Virus record (IMG/VR): IMGVR_UViG_3300038558_000079
Span: 1-64,000 of that record
DNA length: 64,000 nt
Origin: a virus
Direction: 5' to 3' (one strand)
In this document: in pieces, positions 9,462 through 18,010 of the stretch
How the letters are laid out: each line of letters begins with the position of its first letter
Position numbering within the stretch: position 1 is the first letter of the stretch
Program-made: the position numbers and the translations under genes
The notes under the pieces: generated by a model
Seen by the model: only the letters and a program-made list of their open reading frames with translations
Told to the model about the DNA's origin: nothing
Database searches by the model: none

Positions 9462-9998
9462 ATGAGTGACATATACAGCCTCATCGATGAAATGAAAATC
9501 AATCTGAGTTATAACAAAGCTACTAATCTCTGGAGTGCTACAGTAGGTGATTATACCGTAAAAGGTGCTACTGTCGAAAGTGCGGTGGAAAAATTCTTAC
9601 TACCTTCACACTGGTTACCAAAGGGTGAATTCTCCTATCCTGAGCATGATTGTTACTGGCTTGTTAGGAAAATCCGCGATCATTATGGATTGGATACCCC
9701 GAATTTCAAGTGGGTGTATGAGGCGTACCCAACAATAGCCTCACAACCTCTTGATTTAGCAGAACGATGCTTAAGTGGTGTTGCAACATTGAGAGTAGGG
9801 ACACCTCACCACTTAGATATAGCTCTTCTCTCACAAAACATCAACGCAGACTTAGGTACAGTTTTGGTTGTAGGTAATCACATCTGGATTGCATATATGT
9901 CGCATAAAGGTGCTGTTGCAGAACCTCTAGAGCGACGTGTAGGACGGATAGTAAAAAGCTATTGGGAGATACCGAATTATTCTCTGCATGTCGAGTAG
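9462..9998 (+). CDS. NlpC/P60-like tail tip assembly protein (gpK-like)
   Basis: HDCYWLVRKI..HYG...P motif; later Y.SH. Confidence 0.65.
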   Translation: MSDIYSLIDEMKINLSYNKATNLWSATVGDYTVKGATVESAVEKFLLPSHWLPKGEFSYPEHDCYWLVRKIRDHYGLDTPNFKWVYEAYPTIASQPLDLAERCLSGVATLRVGTPHHLDIALLSQNINADLGTVLVVGNHIWIAYMSHKGAVAEPLERRVGRIVKSYWEIPNYSLHVE

Positions 9999-10022
9999 AA
10001 TTAAGGTGTCTAACTTCGATTA

Positions 10023-10532
10023 TTGAACATGGAAAACCCTGTGACTACCGACGGCCTTAGCACAAACATAAAGCTAATCTATGACTATACTGAACAAGCA
10101 ATTAAAGTGGTAGATGCAAGCATTGACAGGTTAAATCTAAAGTTAGGACTAGTTTTTAGCTTAGATATAATCCTGATTTACTTTTTTATCAGCATTGCAG
10201 ATATCACCCCATTTCTACACTGTACATTGTGCTTAATATTAAGGATAATAAGTTACCACTTCTTAATATTCTCATTGTGCTTTTGCCTGTCTGGATTTAA
10301 GCCTAAGAAAAGCGGTTCCCTCATCCTACCTGAAGAATTGATAGAGAAATGCCTCACTATATCAGACTATCAGTACAGGGTTTTGATCGTAGAGAGTTGG
10401 AATCGTTCAATCAAGGATTTGGCAGAGAGTAGAGACTTAACATCAGTACAGTTAGATAGTGCCATCGCCAACTTAGCACTGGCTGCTATCTTTGCAGCCA
10501 TAAGTGCAATGGCATCTGTATTATTAGGGTAG
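10023..10532 (+). CDS. Membrane protein (about 3 TM segments), possible moron
   Basis: Three hydrophobic stretches. Confidence 0.65.
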   Translation: MNMENPVTTDGLSTNIKLIYDYTEQAIKVVDASIDRLNLKLGLVFSLDIILIYFFISIADITPFLHCTLCLILRIISYHFLIFSLCFCLSGFKPKKSGSLILPEELIEKCLTISDYQYRVLIVESWNRSIKDLAESRDLTSVQLDSAIANLALAAIFAAISAMASVLLG

Positions 10533-10557
10533 GGTATCCATTCTAGAATAGTAGGTC

Positions 10558-10728
10558 ATGAACACACCAAAAAAAGAGATAAGTATTTACGATATCGCCT
10601 ATTTCAATTGGCTGAGAAAAATAGTTGTGGAGACTCACCAATTGGAAGTAGAGAAAGTTGCAGCAGAATACAATAGGAAACTTGCTGAAACTAAAGTAGA
10701 GGGAACCATTGACCTCTCCCCGGTCTAA
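10558..10728 (+). CDS. Small hypothetical protein, C-terminus altered by mini-element B
   Basis: MNTPKKEISIYDIAYFNWLRKIVVETHQLEVEKVAAEYNRKLAETKVEGT then IDLSPV* from the element. Confidence 0.55.
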   Translation: MNTPKKEISIYDIAYFNWLRKIVVETHQLEVEKVAAEYNRKLAETKVEGTIDLSPV

Positions 10729-10756
10729 AGACACGGGGCTTTCAGCGACTCATCTT
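10709..10756 (-). mobile_element. 48-bp single-hairpin IS200/IS605 mini-element, copy B
   Basis: Identical to 4035-4082, followed by GTAA (TTAC target). Confidence 0.9.
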
Positions 10757-10999
10757 GTAAGAATTAAGCCCTGGATAATACTAGCTGTTATCCTTTGGTG
10801 TATGGTGCAACACTTTAGATGCAGAGTGAATAGCAAGAAAGTTATTTGACAGTGTGGGGTTTTTATGCCCGGTAAATATTAGTAAAGTTGAGAAATGGCA
10901 GTGACACAGCGTAACGTACATCGACCCATACAGTAGTCAAATGAACAACTTTGCATTAAATCCGATAAAAATCCCCGAATCCCTCTCTCTATACACCTT

Positions 11000-11057
11000 C
11001 TGGCTTCCGACATGTTCTATCCTATATAGTAATTGAAAACAACATGTCGGAAGCCAG
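11000..11057. repeat. Dispersed palindrome copy 5
   Basis: ctggcttccgacatgtt-N24-aacatgtcggaagccag; both arms carry complementary changes. Confidence 0.97.
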
Positions 11058-11144
11058 GAGTTAATGCAGGCAAAGGATGTAGCGTTTTCGAGAACCAAGT
11101 TTTAACAACCTCAAAAACACCGCTAAAATACCCTTTTACACCCC

Positions 11145-11173
11145 TTGACATCTTAGAGGAATTGAATTAGTAT
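11145..11173 (+). promoter_or_regulatory. Cassette-associated sigma70 promoter upstream of omegaRNA
   Basis: TTGACA-17-TAGTAT. Confidence 0.75.
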
Positions 11174-11179
11174 GGATAC

Positions 11180-11440
11180 AGTAAAACAAAAGAAAGCAAA
11201 GTCAACAACCCCGGTCTAAAGACACGGGGCTTCCAGCCTAAAAAACTGAAGCCCGGAAGTTGACCAGCCTCAGTCGCAAGACTACGTTATCGGTAAGCGT
11301 TAAAGTTCATACCAGGAAATGCGAAGCTAGTTTCCTGCTCTAGAACCGAAAAGTTAAACAGGCGTAACGGGTTAAGTCAGTGCTTTTTGGATAGTACCGA
11401 CCGATAACATTGGCGAAGCTAACTTTACTCCGAAAGGAGA
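11180..11440 (+). ncRNA. HEARO / IscB omegaRNA with a 5' guide derived from flanking DNA
   Basis: gtcaacaacccc..ggggctt..gttgaccagcctcagt..gactacgttat..atacc.ggaaatgcgaagctagtttcc.gctcta..gttaaaca..cagtgc..ataacattggcgaagctaactttac matches the HEARO consensus order; ends approximate. Confidence 0.85.
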
Positions 11441-11570
11441 TTGAGGCAACCATACCTCACCGGAGGGGCAACCATACCCCTCCACCCTGAAAGGGGCAGG
11501 CGGTTAAAACCGCTTCCACATGTTCCTCTCCGGTCTAAAGACGCGGAGTTTCCCACAACGAAGGAATTTT
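11201..11570 (+). mobile_element. Non-autonomous IscB-type IS200/IS605 element lacking iscB
   Basis: Terminal hairpins ccccggtctaaagacacgggg and ctccggtctaaagacgcggag; flanked 3' by ATGA. Confidence 0.85.
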
Positions 11571-11813
11571 ATGACACCTTACCAACATTGTATCGAAACA
11601 GTACAGTTACTCCCTACAGTCTTTGTAGTCGCTTATGTGAATTGGTTAGGGGACTGGGTGATGGACACTCAGGAATTCAGAACAGAGAAGTCTGCACTGG
11701 CGCATAGTAGGGTTTTAGCCAAGACTAAGGCTGAGAACGGACGGGTTAGTGTCAGGAAAGTTATTAGTTCCAAGTTTAAAAGAGCTAAATTGCAACAGAA
11801 CACAAAACGTTGA
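11571..11813 (+). CDS. Hypothetical protein (80 aa)
   Basis: ATG immediately after the element, with an element-supplied AAGGA RBS. Confidence 0.65.
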   Translation: MTPYQHCIETVQLLPTVFVVAYVNWLGDWVMDTQEFRTEKSALAHSRVLAKTKAENGRVSVRKVISSKFKRAKLQQNTKR

Positions 11814-11838
11814 CATTCTCCGGTTTTTGTGTTAGACT
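11810..11838 (+). promoter_or_regulatory. Sigma70 promoter for candidate ncRNA 1
   Basis: TTGACA-17-TAGACT. Confidence 0.65.
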
Positions 11839-12268
11839 TACTTATGACATAAGTTCTCGACACTAGCATAAAGGTTAGTGAGTCCCCTGAGAAGAGAACC
11901 CTAATTTCTTTTAAGTTACCCAAGTCACAGACAGGCTTGGGTAACTTAACCGTATGCCATTGCACGCTTTGAGCGTTTTCAGGGAATGGTTATTCATCTA
12001 GTGGTACTTTTCGACGTTTTTCAACGATGCGTCACCACGATCGCGACCGTTTTGTTGCCTACCTTCCCGTAGCTCACCCCTTTGTTGTAATTGCGCAGAA
12101 CTGTGGGGCGATCGTCGGACATGTGTCACCCGCTGGGGCGACAGCTACTGTAGTAAGCATCCGGTCTTCCTTTGATAGAGTCCACGAAAGTGAAGCCGAA
12201 GTACTTTACAAGATGAGTCGCTGAAAGCCCCGTGTCTTTAGACCGGGGATGAAAGCGCTTTGCAGGAT

Positions 12269-12457
12269 TTATCCTACCTTCCAGATCTCGATCAATTCAG
12301 GTAACGCCGATCTTAGCCGCTCTTGCCAATCAGGGACAGATTTTAATTCTTTGGCTAATTCTACATCCATCCTTAAGCAGACTGGACTACTGACCAATGG
12401 TTTTTCTCGGTTAGTCGTAAAACCTTGTTTATGTTTTTTCTGAAATGGCATTGACAT
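12269..12457 (-). CDS. Small RHH/CopG-like protein in the IS
   Basis: PVCLRMDVELAKELKSVPDWQERLR beta-helix-helix pattern; divergent from tnpB. Confidence 0.55.
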   Translation of the reverse strand: MSMPFQKKHKQGFTTNREKPLVSSPVCLRMDVELAKELKSVPDWQERLRSALPELIEIWKVG

Positions 12458-12514
12458 CTTCTAACTACATGCGTATACTTATATTATAAGTCCGAAGCAG
12501 GAGGTGTCAATAAG

Positions 12515-13813
12515 TTGTACGGATGCCAACAGAATTTAATTAGTCCCACTCCAGAATTAAAGGCAATCCTTGAGTTTATCTGTTCAGAATCACATAAGCT
12601 GACTAACTGCGGTATCTACTATGCCCGTCAGTTATATTTCAAGACTCGTAAGTTAATTGGTAAGTACGACTTAGAAAAAGAGTACAAAGCCAACAAGCAC
12701 TATCAGGTCTTGCATTCTCAAGCCGCACAGCAAGTATTGAGAACAGTTGCTGAGTCTTTTCAATCTTTTAAGGAGTTAGATAAGAAGTACAGCAAGGGCG
12801 ACTTACATTTTAAACCCAAGCTGCCCAAATACCGTCAAGGCGCTGGTTATGCTCTAGTGACTTATCCTAAACAAGCTTTAAGACTTGTAGGTAACAATAT
12901 CAAAGTTCCGCTGGGCACGACAGTAAAAAGATGGTTTAAACTTGAATATTTCTTGTTGCCAATGCCATCCAATTTGGAGTTTGAGGACATCAAGGAATTG
13001 CGGATACTCCCACGTAATCAATGCTTCTATTCTGAGTTGGTCTACAAACAGAAACCAGCACCATCAAACACTTTCAATCAAAATAATGCGTTAGCAATTG
13101 ACCCCGGTATCAACAACTGGTTAAGCTGTGTATCCAATGTGGGGACTAGCTTCATTGTTGATGGACGTAAAGTTAAAAGTCTTAATCAGTGGTACAATAA
13201 GCGCGTTTCCACTCTCAAGGAAGGTAAACCACAAGGCTATTGGGATGAGCAGTTAGCCCAGATAACTGAAAAACGCAATCGCCAGATGCGTGACGCTGTT
13301 AATAAGGCGGCTAGATTGGTTGTTGACCACTGTATTAAATACCATATTGGCACGGTTATCTTTGGGTGGAACCAAGGACAACGGCAAGAGGCTAAATTAG
13401 GTAAAACAACTCAGGCTTTTGTTCAAATACCAACAGCCAAATTAAAAAAACGAATTGAACAACTGTGTGAGTATCACGGAATTAAGTTTGTTGAAGCAGA
13501 AGAATCTTATACTAGCAAAGCTAGTTTTCTAGATGGTGATTTTCTACCAACCTACGGCGAAAAACCCGAAACGTGGAAGCCAACAGGAAAACGAGTTAAA
13601 CGTGGAATGTACTGCACTGGCAAAGGTGTTCTAATCAACGCTGATTTGAACGGAGCCGCCAATATAATGCGGAAAGTAGAGACACAACTGGGCTTAAGTC
13701 TAGTCAAGGTCTGTAGGGCATTATTGACCGTGCCTACCAGATTTAAAATCTGGGAAACCAAAACCAAAAAGCGGAACCGGACGGCTTTAGCCTCCGGTGT
13801 AGCAACAGTTTAG
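12515..13813 (+). CDS. tnpB: RNA-guided endonuclease TnpB
   Basis: AIDPGINN, IFGWN, EESYTSKAS, NADLNGAANI. Confidence 0.95.
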   Translation: MYGCQQNLISPTPELKAILEFICSESHKLTNCGIYYARQLYFKTRKLIGKYDLEKEYKANKHYQVLHSQAAQQVLRTVAESFQSFKELDKKYSKGDLHFKPKLPKYRQGAGYALVTYPKQALRLVGNNIKVPLGTTVKRWFKLEYFLLPMPSNLEFEDIKELRILPRNQCFYSELVYKQKPAPSNTFNQNNALAIDPGINNWLSCVSNVGTSFIVDGRKVKSLNQWYNKRVSTLKEGKPQGYWDEQLAQITEKRNRQMRDAVNKAARLVVDHCIKYHIGTVIFGWNQGQRQEAKLGKTTQAFVQIPTAKLKKRIEQLCEYHGIKFVEAEESYTSKASFLDGDFLPTYGEKPETWKPTGKRVKRGMYCTGKGVLINADLNGAANIMRKVETQLGLSLVKVCRALLTVPTRFKIWETKTKKRNRTALASGVATV

Positions 13814-13945
13814 AATCCCCGTGTCTTTAGACCGGGGAGAGGTCAAAGTGATTTGAAGTTCTAGCAGTAGCAGTCTCATCTGACACTACCCCAATGGTAT
13901 GCGGTGTAAGGGTTTTAGGAATCTAAAGATTATTTTATAAAAGTA

Positions 13946-13974
13946 TTGACATTACCTGAGTAACGAGCTATAGT
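13946..13974 (+). promoter_or_regulatory. Sigma70 promoter, duplicated at 14214-14242
   Basis: TTGACA-ttacctgagtaacgagc-TATAGT. Confidence 0.8.
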
Positions 13975-14003
13975 AGATATAACGAGAAAAACAGGAGACA
14001 GCA

Positions 14004-14231
14004 ATGATTAAGTTTAGCGACTTGATTGGGAAAACCGTAAAGATTGTAGATGTTAAAAAATCTGATGAAGATGAAGACTCAGCATCTTCACAAGAACTCG
14101 TACTGGAGGTAGATGGTGTCCGGTATACCTTGGAAGCTATTGGCTACAATTACGGGGACGATCCTCAGCAGGACGTTTTTCTCTGTGACAACACAGAGAT
14201 TCGTATAAAAGTATTGACATTGCCTGAGTAA
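14004..14231 (+). CDS. Small acidic protein, tandem paralog 1
   Basis: MIKFSDLIGKTVKIV...VRYTLEAI; GGAG RBS. Confidence 0.75.
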   Translation: MIKFSDLIGKTVKIVDVKKSDEDEDSASSQELVLEVDGVRYTLEAIGYNYGDDPQQDVFLCDNTEIRIKVLTLPE

Positions 14232-14270
14232 CGAGCTATAGTAGATATAACCAAAAAAAGGAGACAAGCA

Positions 14271-14459
14271 ATGATTAAGTTTAGCGATTTAGTTGGGAAG
14301 ACTGTGAAGATTGTAGGGGTTAAGGGTTCAGAGTATGATGAAGACGATGAGTATTCAAAAGGAATAGTAATAGAAGTAGAAGGTGTCCGGTACACCTTAG
14401 AAGCTATTGTTTTCGGGTACGGCGATGATGCAGAGATTTGGCTCTGCGAAAAACACTGA
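14271..14459 (+). CDS. Small acidic protein, tandem paralog 2
   Basis: MIKFSDLVGKTVKIV...VRYTLEAI; promoter and RBS duplicated with it. Confidence 0.75.
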   Translation: MIKFSDLVGKTVKIVGVKGSEYDEDDEYSKGIVIEVEGVRYTLEAIVFGYGDDAEIWLCEKH

Positions 14460-14477
14460 ATCTCCTGACACTAATTA

Positions 14478-14516
14478 AAACAACGATACCTATTGTTAAG
14501 ACAGGTATCGTTGTTT
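14478..14516. terminator. Bidirectional terminator
   Basis: aaacaacgatacct...aggtatcgttgttt between convergent genes. Confidence 0.75.
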
Positions 14517-14532
14517 AAGTTAGTAGGATATT

Positions 14533-15027
14533 TTAATGTTGAGTCCGGATAACAGCAACAGCATCATCATGATTCAGTCCCGCGATGCGCAACATATTGT
14601 ATCCAGATTCCGCACGATTCAAAATCTGTAACAGATTGTAGTCCCAGGTATCAACACCTGTCAGTGGTAGTTTACAAGCCTTCTTGAAGTGATTAACCTC
14701 CCATCCCCAATTAACGGCCTTGTTATCGCCCCCAGCATCGTGCTTGAGCCATTTTGTTAAGTATGGGTGGAAGTGTTGACGGTGTTGCATCCGTTGTGCG
14801 AGGTATTGTTGGCGTTCTTCTTTTTCAAACTTGATACCAAAGGCATCGCAGAATAGTTGATGCAGTGATAACCCGATTAATGAGCGAGAAAATTCTTGTG
14901 CCCGTTCATTCCCCTTCAACGCCAACTCAAATACCAGTTTTTCAAAATCCTTGAGCGCGATCGCATTTACTGCTTTCGGGTGTAATGATGTCTTGAGTTT
15001 GGCGAATTGGGAACCCTTACCTAGCAA
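14533..15027 (-). CDS. Antirepressor-like DNA-binding protein, probably 5'-truncated
   Basis: Frame continues upstream as VPQVATQFQIDKNQASRDIKALL without a clear ATG; LVFELALKGN..AQ motif. Confidence 0.5.
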   Translation of the reverse strand: MLGKGSQFAKLKTSLHPKAVNAIALKDFEKLVFELALKGNERAQEFSRSLIGLSLHQLFCDAFGIKFEKEERQQYLAQRMQHRQHFHPYLTKWLKHDAGGDNKAVNWGWEVNHFKKACKLPLTGVDTWDYNLLQILNRAESGYNMLRIAGLNHDDAVAVIRTQH

Positions 15028-15126
15028 AGCTTTGATGTCTCTTGATGCTTGGTTTTTGTCGATTTGAAACTGTGTAGCAACCTGGGGTACCGTCCTCTAT
15101 CCAGTCTGCGATCGCAGCCGATACAG

Positions 15127-15441
15127 CTAATAGGTTACTAGAATATTATTCAGATCGCAGTGTTGTCTGATCAGTATTAGAGCGCTATGGTGACATTTAC
15201 CAAATAAATGCAGACGCTTCTGATGATTTGGGTAGTAATACCCATAGGTAATTAATTGTCCAATGGCATTTTTCCAAGCCTTTGCTTCCTTAACTTCTAT
15301 TAGCTCTGTATCTGTCAATATATCAATATTGCCTACAGGTGTTACGACTTCCATGTCTCCACCTACAATGGCGTGTAGCTGTATCTGGACATCTTTCTCA
15401 GTTAATCTACTAACAAGTTTTTGGGGTTGGGTAATTTCCAT
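15127..15441 (-). CDS. PD-(D/E)XK nuclease-domain protein
   Basis: GNIDILT...LIEVK...WK.AIGQL..Y. Confidence 0.75.
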   Translation of the reverse strand: MEITQPQKLVSRLTEKDVQIQLHAIVGGDMEVVTPVGNIDILTDTELIEVKEAKAWKNAIGQLITYGYYYPNHQKRLHLFGKCHHSALILIRQHCDLNNILVTY

Positions 15442-15508
15442 TTGTTCAATAAAAGAATCTCTAAAGTTTTACCAGACTCTAGTCTGGTAAGCAACATCTT
15501 TTTACGTG

Positions 15509-16315
15509 TTAATCAACTGGACTCAACATCTTAACGTCCAGATATTCTTTGATACAATCATCCAATTCATCTGTCACCAAATACACGTTAATCTCGCGCT
15601 GTGTGCCATTACAGAGTCGTTTCTCACGCTTACAGGTCATTTCATGTTTCGCTACCCATTTTCCAAGCTGTGAACGGTGTTTAGTAACCAGTCCTATTGG
15701 ATACCCTAACTGTTCGGCGCGTTCGGCTACACCTAACCATACTTCAGTCGTACCCGACGGTGAGTTACCAACTCCTAAGATGTTTAACACCACATCTTGT
15801 AACCCTTGTTTGAATCTTGGATTCTTGATATCAATATCAAACGCCGCAATGGTATTTGCTAGGTTTACAACACGGATATCTGCGGGTGGTAACTTTGCCG
15901 GTTTTGGCATTTCCGGGGCGACGGCTTTAACTTCATAACCAGCTATACCATACAAGTAAACCCGGCATCCAGCGCGTAACATTGCTTTAGCTAACTCTGG
16001 ATTATCTTTAACTATCCAGTCGGCAATGACGGATTCTGGGATTAGCTTGACTTCTTTAGCACCCGTAGCTGTATCAATTATTGCAGACTTTATCACTTGG
16101 TTGTGGGTTTCAAACGCATACTGTGAGTGGTTTTGAGTACCATTAGGATTAATATCAGTTGTGGGTTCTGTATTTGTCAAGTTAGCAACTCGTTTTGATA
16201 TTGCCTGTTGAGTTATAGCAGACATACGTGCATATCCGCTGATTGAAGCAAAAACCTCACCAGTCTCATTGTCGATAACTAACTCAACACCGTTATTATC
16301 GTATCTTACCAACAT
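15509..16315 (-). CDS. Phage antirepressor/KilA-N-like DNA-binding protein
   Basis: TGEVFASISGYARMS, I.T.TG.KEVKLIPE..IADWI. Confidence 0.6.
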   Translation of the reverse strand: MLVRYDNNGVELVIDNETGEVFASISGYARMSAITQQAISKRVANLTNTEPTTDINPNGTQNHSQYAFETHNQVIKSAIIDTATGAKEVKLIPESVIADWIVKDNPELAKAMLRAGCRVYLYGIAGYEVKAVAPEMPKPAKLPPADIRVVNLANTIAAFDIDIKNPRFKQGLQDVVLNILGVGNSPSGTTEVWLGVAERAEQLGYPIGLVTKHRSQLGKWVAKHEMTCKREKRLCNGTQREINVYLVTDELDDCIKEYLDVKMLSPVD

Positions 16316-16605
16316 AATAATTCTCTGTTAATGTACTTCTATATTTTAACATTTTAGTACCGTAAAATCAATAAAATATCACAGGAAATATGTAATAAGT
16401 GAAGTCAATTATCCGCATTTCTAGCATCATGGGGAATGCCTAATTTTGGTCTTAATTCCCCACAATTCAGATTGAATGTCAAGATATTAGAGCTATTGCA
16501 ATCACGACTATATAATCACAGCCGGGTTGTGATATTGCCAGACACGGGGATGTTTTTTCCTCACCACCCGTGTATGCTATTTCTAAGATTATTTCCCCAT
16601 ACATT

Positions 16606-16662
16606 CTAGCTTCCGACATGTTGTATCCTATTATAGATAAAGTAGTAAACATGTCGGAAGCT
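16606..16662. repeat. Dispersed palindrome copy 6
   Basis: ctagcttccgacatgtt-N25-aacatgtcggaagct. Confidence 0.97.
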
Positions 16663-16827
16663 GAGAGTTAATGCAGGCAAAGGATACAGCGTTTTCTGAA
16701 CTCAAGTTTTAACAACCTCAAAAACGCCTCTAAAATACCTTTTTATACCCCTTGACATCTTTGACTAACATGGCTCTATCCGTTGGTATTTGTGGTATTG
16801 TACACGGCTAGAGCATAATTGACTTGG

Positions 16828-17145
16828 CTAAAGTCCAAACACTGTCTTTAAATCCTCTTGACACAAGGGGTAGTTTGCCAAGAGTGATTGAACCTTCACA
16901 TCATTAATATCAAGAATGTGGTCGGCTCTAGTATTCTCAACTGTAAGTGCGGTGTATAGCACAACCTCCCATGTACACTCTTTACGCCTGGTGTTGATAT
17001 CAAACCTGTGACCTAAATGGTCTTTGGGACTTCTAACTGTAAAATCATCTTCATTATCTCCCATTAGGAATAATGAAGTAGCCTCTATGGTGTCACAGGA
17101 TACGAATCTATCGCCTTCTCGCTTTGCAGGAATAACTTTCATCAA
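16828..17145 (-). CDS. Hypothetical protein
   Basis: 105-aa ORF downstream of a TTGACATTACC motif (17194-17199). Confidence 0.65.
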   Translation of the reverse strand: MMKVIPAKREGDRFVSCDTIEATSLFLMGDNEDDFTVRSPKDHLGHRFDINTRRKECTWEVVLYTALTVENTRADHILDINDVKVQSLLANYPLCQEDLKTVFGL

Positions 17146-17253
17146 AAATCCCCTTTGTTGTTTTCTCTATTCTATGTCAAAACACACAGGTAATGTCAAC
17201 ACATTTCATATTTTATCTTCCCAAACTGCTATACCCTAGACACTGTATACCTT

Positions 17254-17309
17254 CTAGCCTCCGACATGTTTACTTCTTTATAGATATTGAACACAACATG
17301 TCGGAAGCT
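17254..17309. repeat. Dispersed palindrome copy 7
   Basis: ctagcctccgacatgtt-N24-aacatgtcggaagct. Confidence 0.95.
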
Positions 17310-17539
17310 GAGAGTCTTACACCGAATGCGTTGTAGGCTTTTTGTGAACCAAGTTTTGAAAAGTGCTTTGGGATGCCCTTCCCTGTCTGTTTTCTCTAAT
17401 GACGGTTGTGGTGAGGGGAGTTTCGAGGTATGATAGGTATCGTGTAGATAACCCTCATAAGAACACCACCGTCGCTGGAAACTCCGTGTCTTTAGACCGG
17501 AGATGAAGGCGCGGCAGCGGTTTTAACCGCCTAGAGTCT

Positions 17540-17944
17540 TTAACTGTGATGTGGATCATTGATGTACCTCTGAATTGTTTCAGCGCTCACATTGCCAGCC
17601 GTTGAGAAAAAGTAGCTGTTAGTCCACAAAGATGGAAGCTTTTGAAGCTCTGGAAACTCCTTTCTCAGGTAATTGGCTGAACGCCCTTTAAAGGCTTTTA
17701 CCACTTGGTAGATAGCATCAGTTGGATGAATCTCAACAAATAGGTGAATATGGTCAGGAGCCACTTCAAGCGCCCTAATGCGCCAATCTTTCTCCATTGC
17801 CAATTCAGAGAATATCTCGTATATTCTGTCTCGAATTTTACCCACAAGCACCTTTTTGCGACGTTTCGGTATCCAAACAAAATGAACCACGCATAACCCA
17901 ACAGAATGATTATAGTGCCTGTACTCGTATGAATTTTTTCGCAT
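17540..17944 (-). CDS. tnpA: IS200/IS605 Y1 transposase TnpA
   Basis: HFVWIPKRRK, PDHIHL (HUH), LWTNSYF, IQRYI. Confidence 0.96.
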   Translation of the reverse strand: MRKNSYEYRHYNHSVGLCVVHFVWIPKRRKKVLVGKIRDRIYEIFSELAMEKDWRIRALEVAPDHIHLFVEIHPTDAIYQVVKAFKGRSANYLRKEFPELQKLPSLWTNSYFFSTAGNVSAETIQRYINDPHHS

Positions 17945-18010
17945 TTTATCCCCGGCTGGCTTGACTGTTGTTCTTATTGTAGATTATAATAGATAAACCA
18001 ACAAAAGCCA

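Larger units (their letters stand above)
12210..13846 (+). mobile_element. IS605/IS1341-type element (TnpB plus small divergent ORF, no tnpA)
   Basis: TTAC target, AAAG-hairpin left end, GAAT-hairpin-TCAA right end. Confidence 0.92.
11845..13915 (+). ncRNA. Candidate large structured ncRNA (~430 nt: 11845-12209 joined to 13847-13915), interrupted by a TnpB element
   Basis: Many helices with G-U pairs on the + strand; two helices pair across the insertion (11949-11962/13892-13905; 12140-12153/13861-13875). Confidence 0.6.

Noticed and set aside
11441-11707. ORF-track ORFs at 11441 and the 11520 start
   Set aside because: They begin inside the omegaRNA element; the likely real start is 11571
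12170-12195. Group I intron (GATAGAGTCC resembles the S element, followed by a GNRA hairpin)
   Set aside because: No matching P7 5' strand (GACT) upstream in the transcript and no exon context
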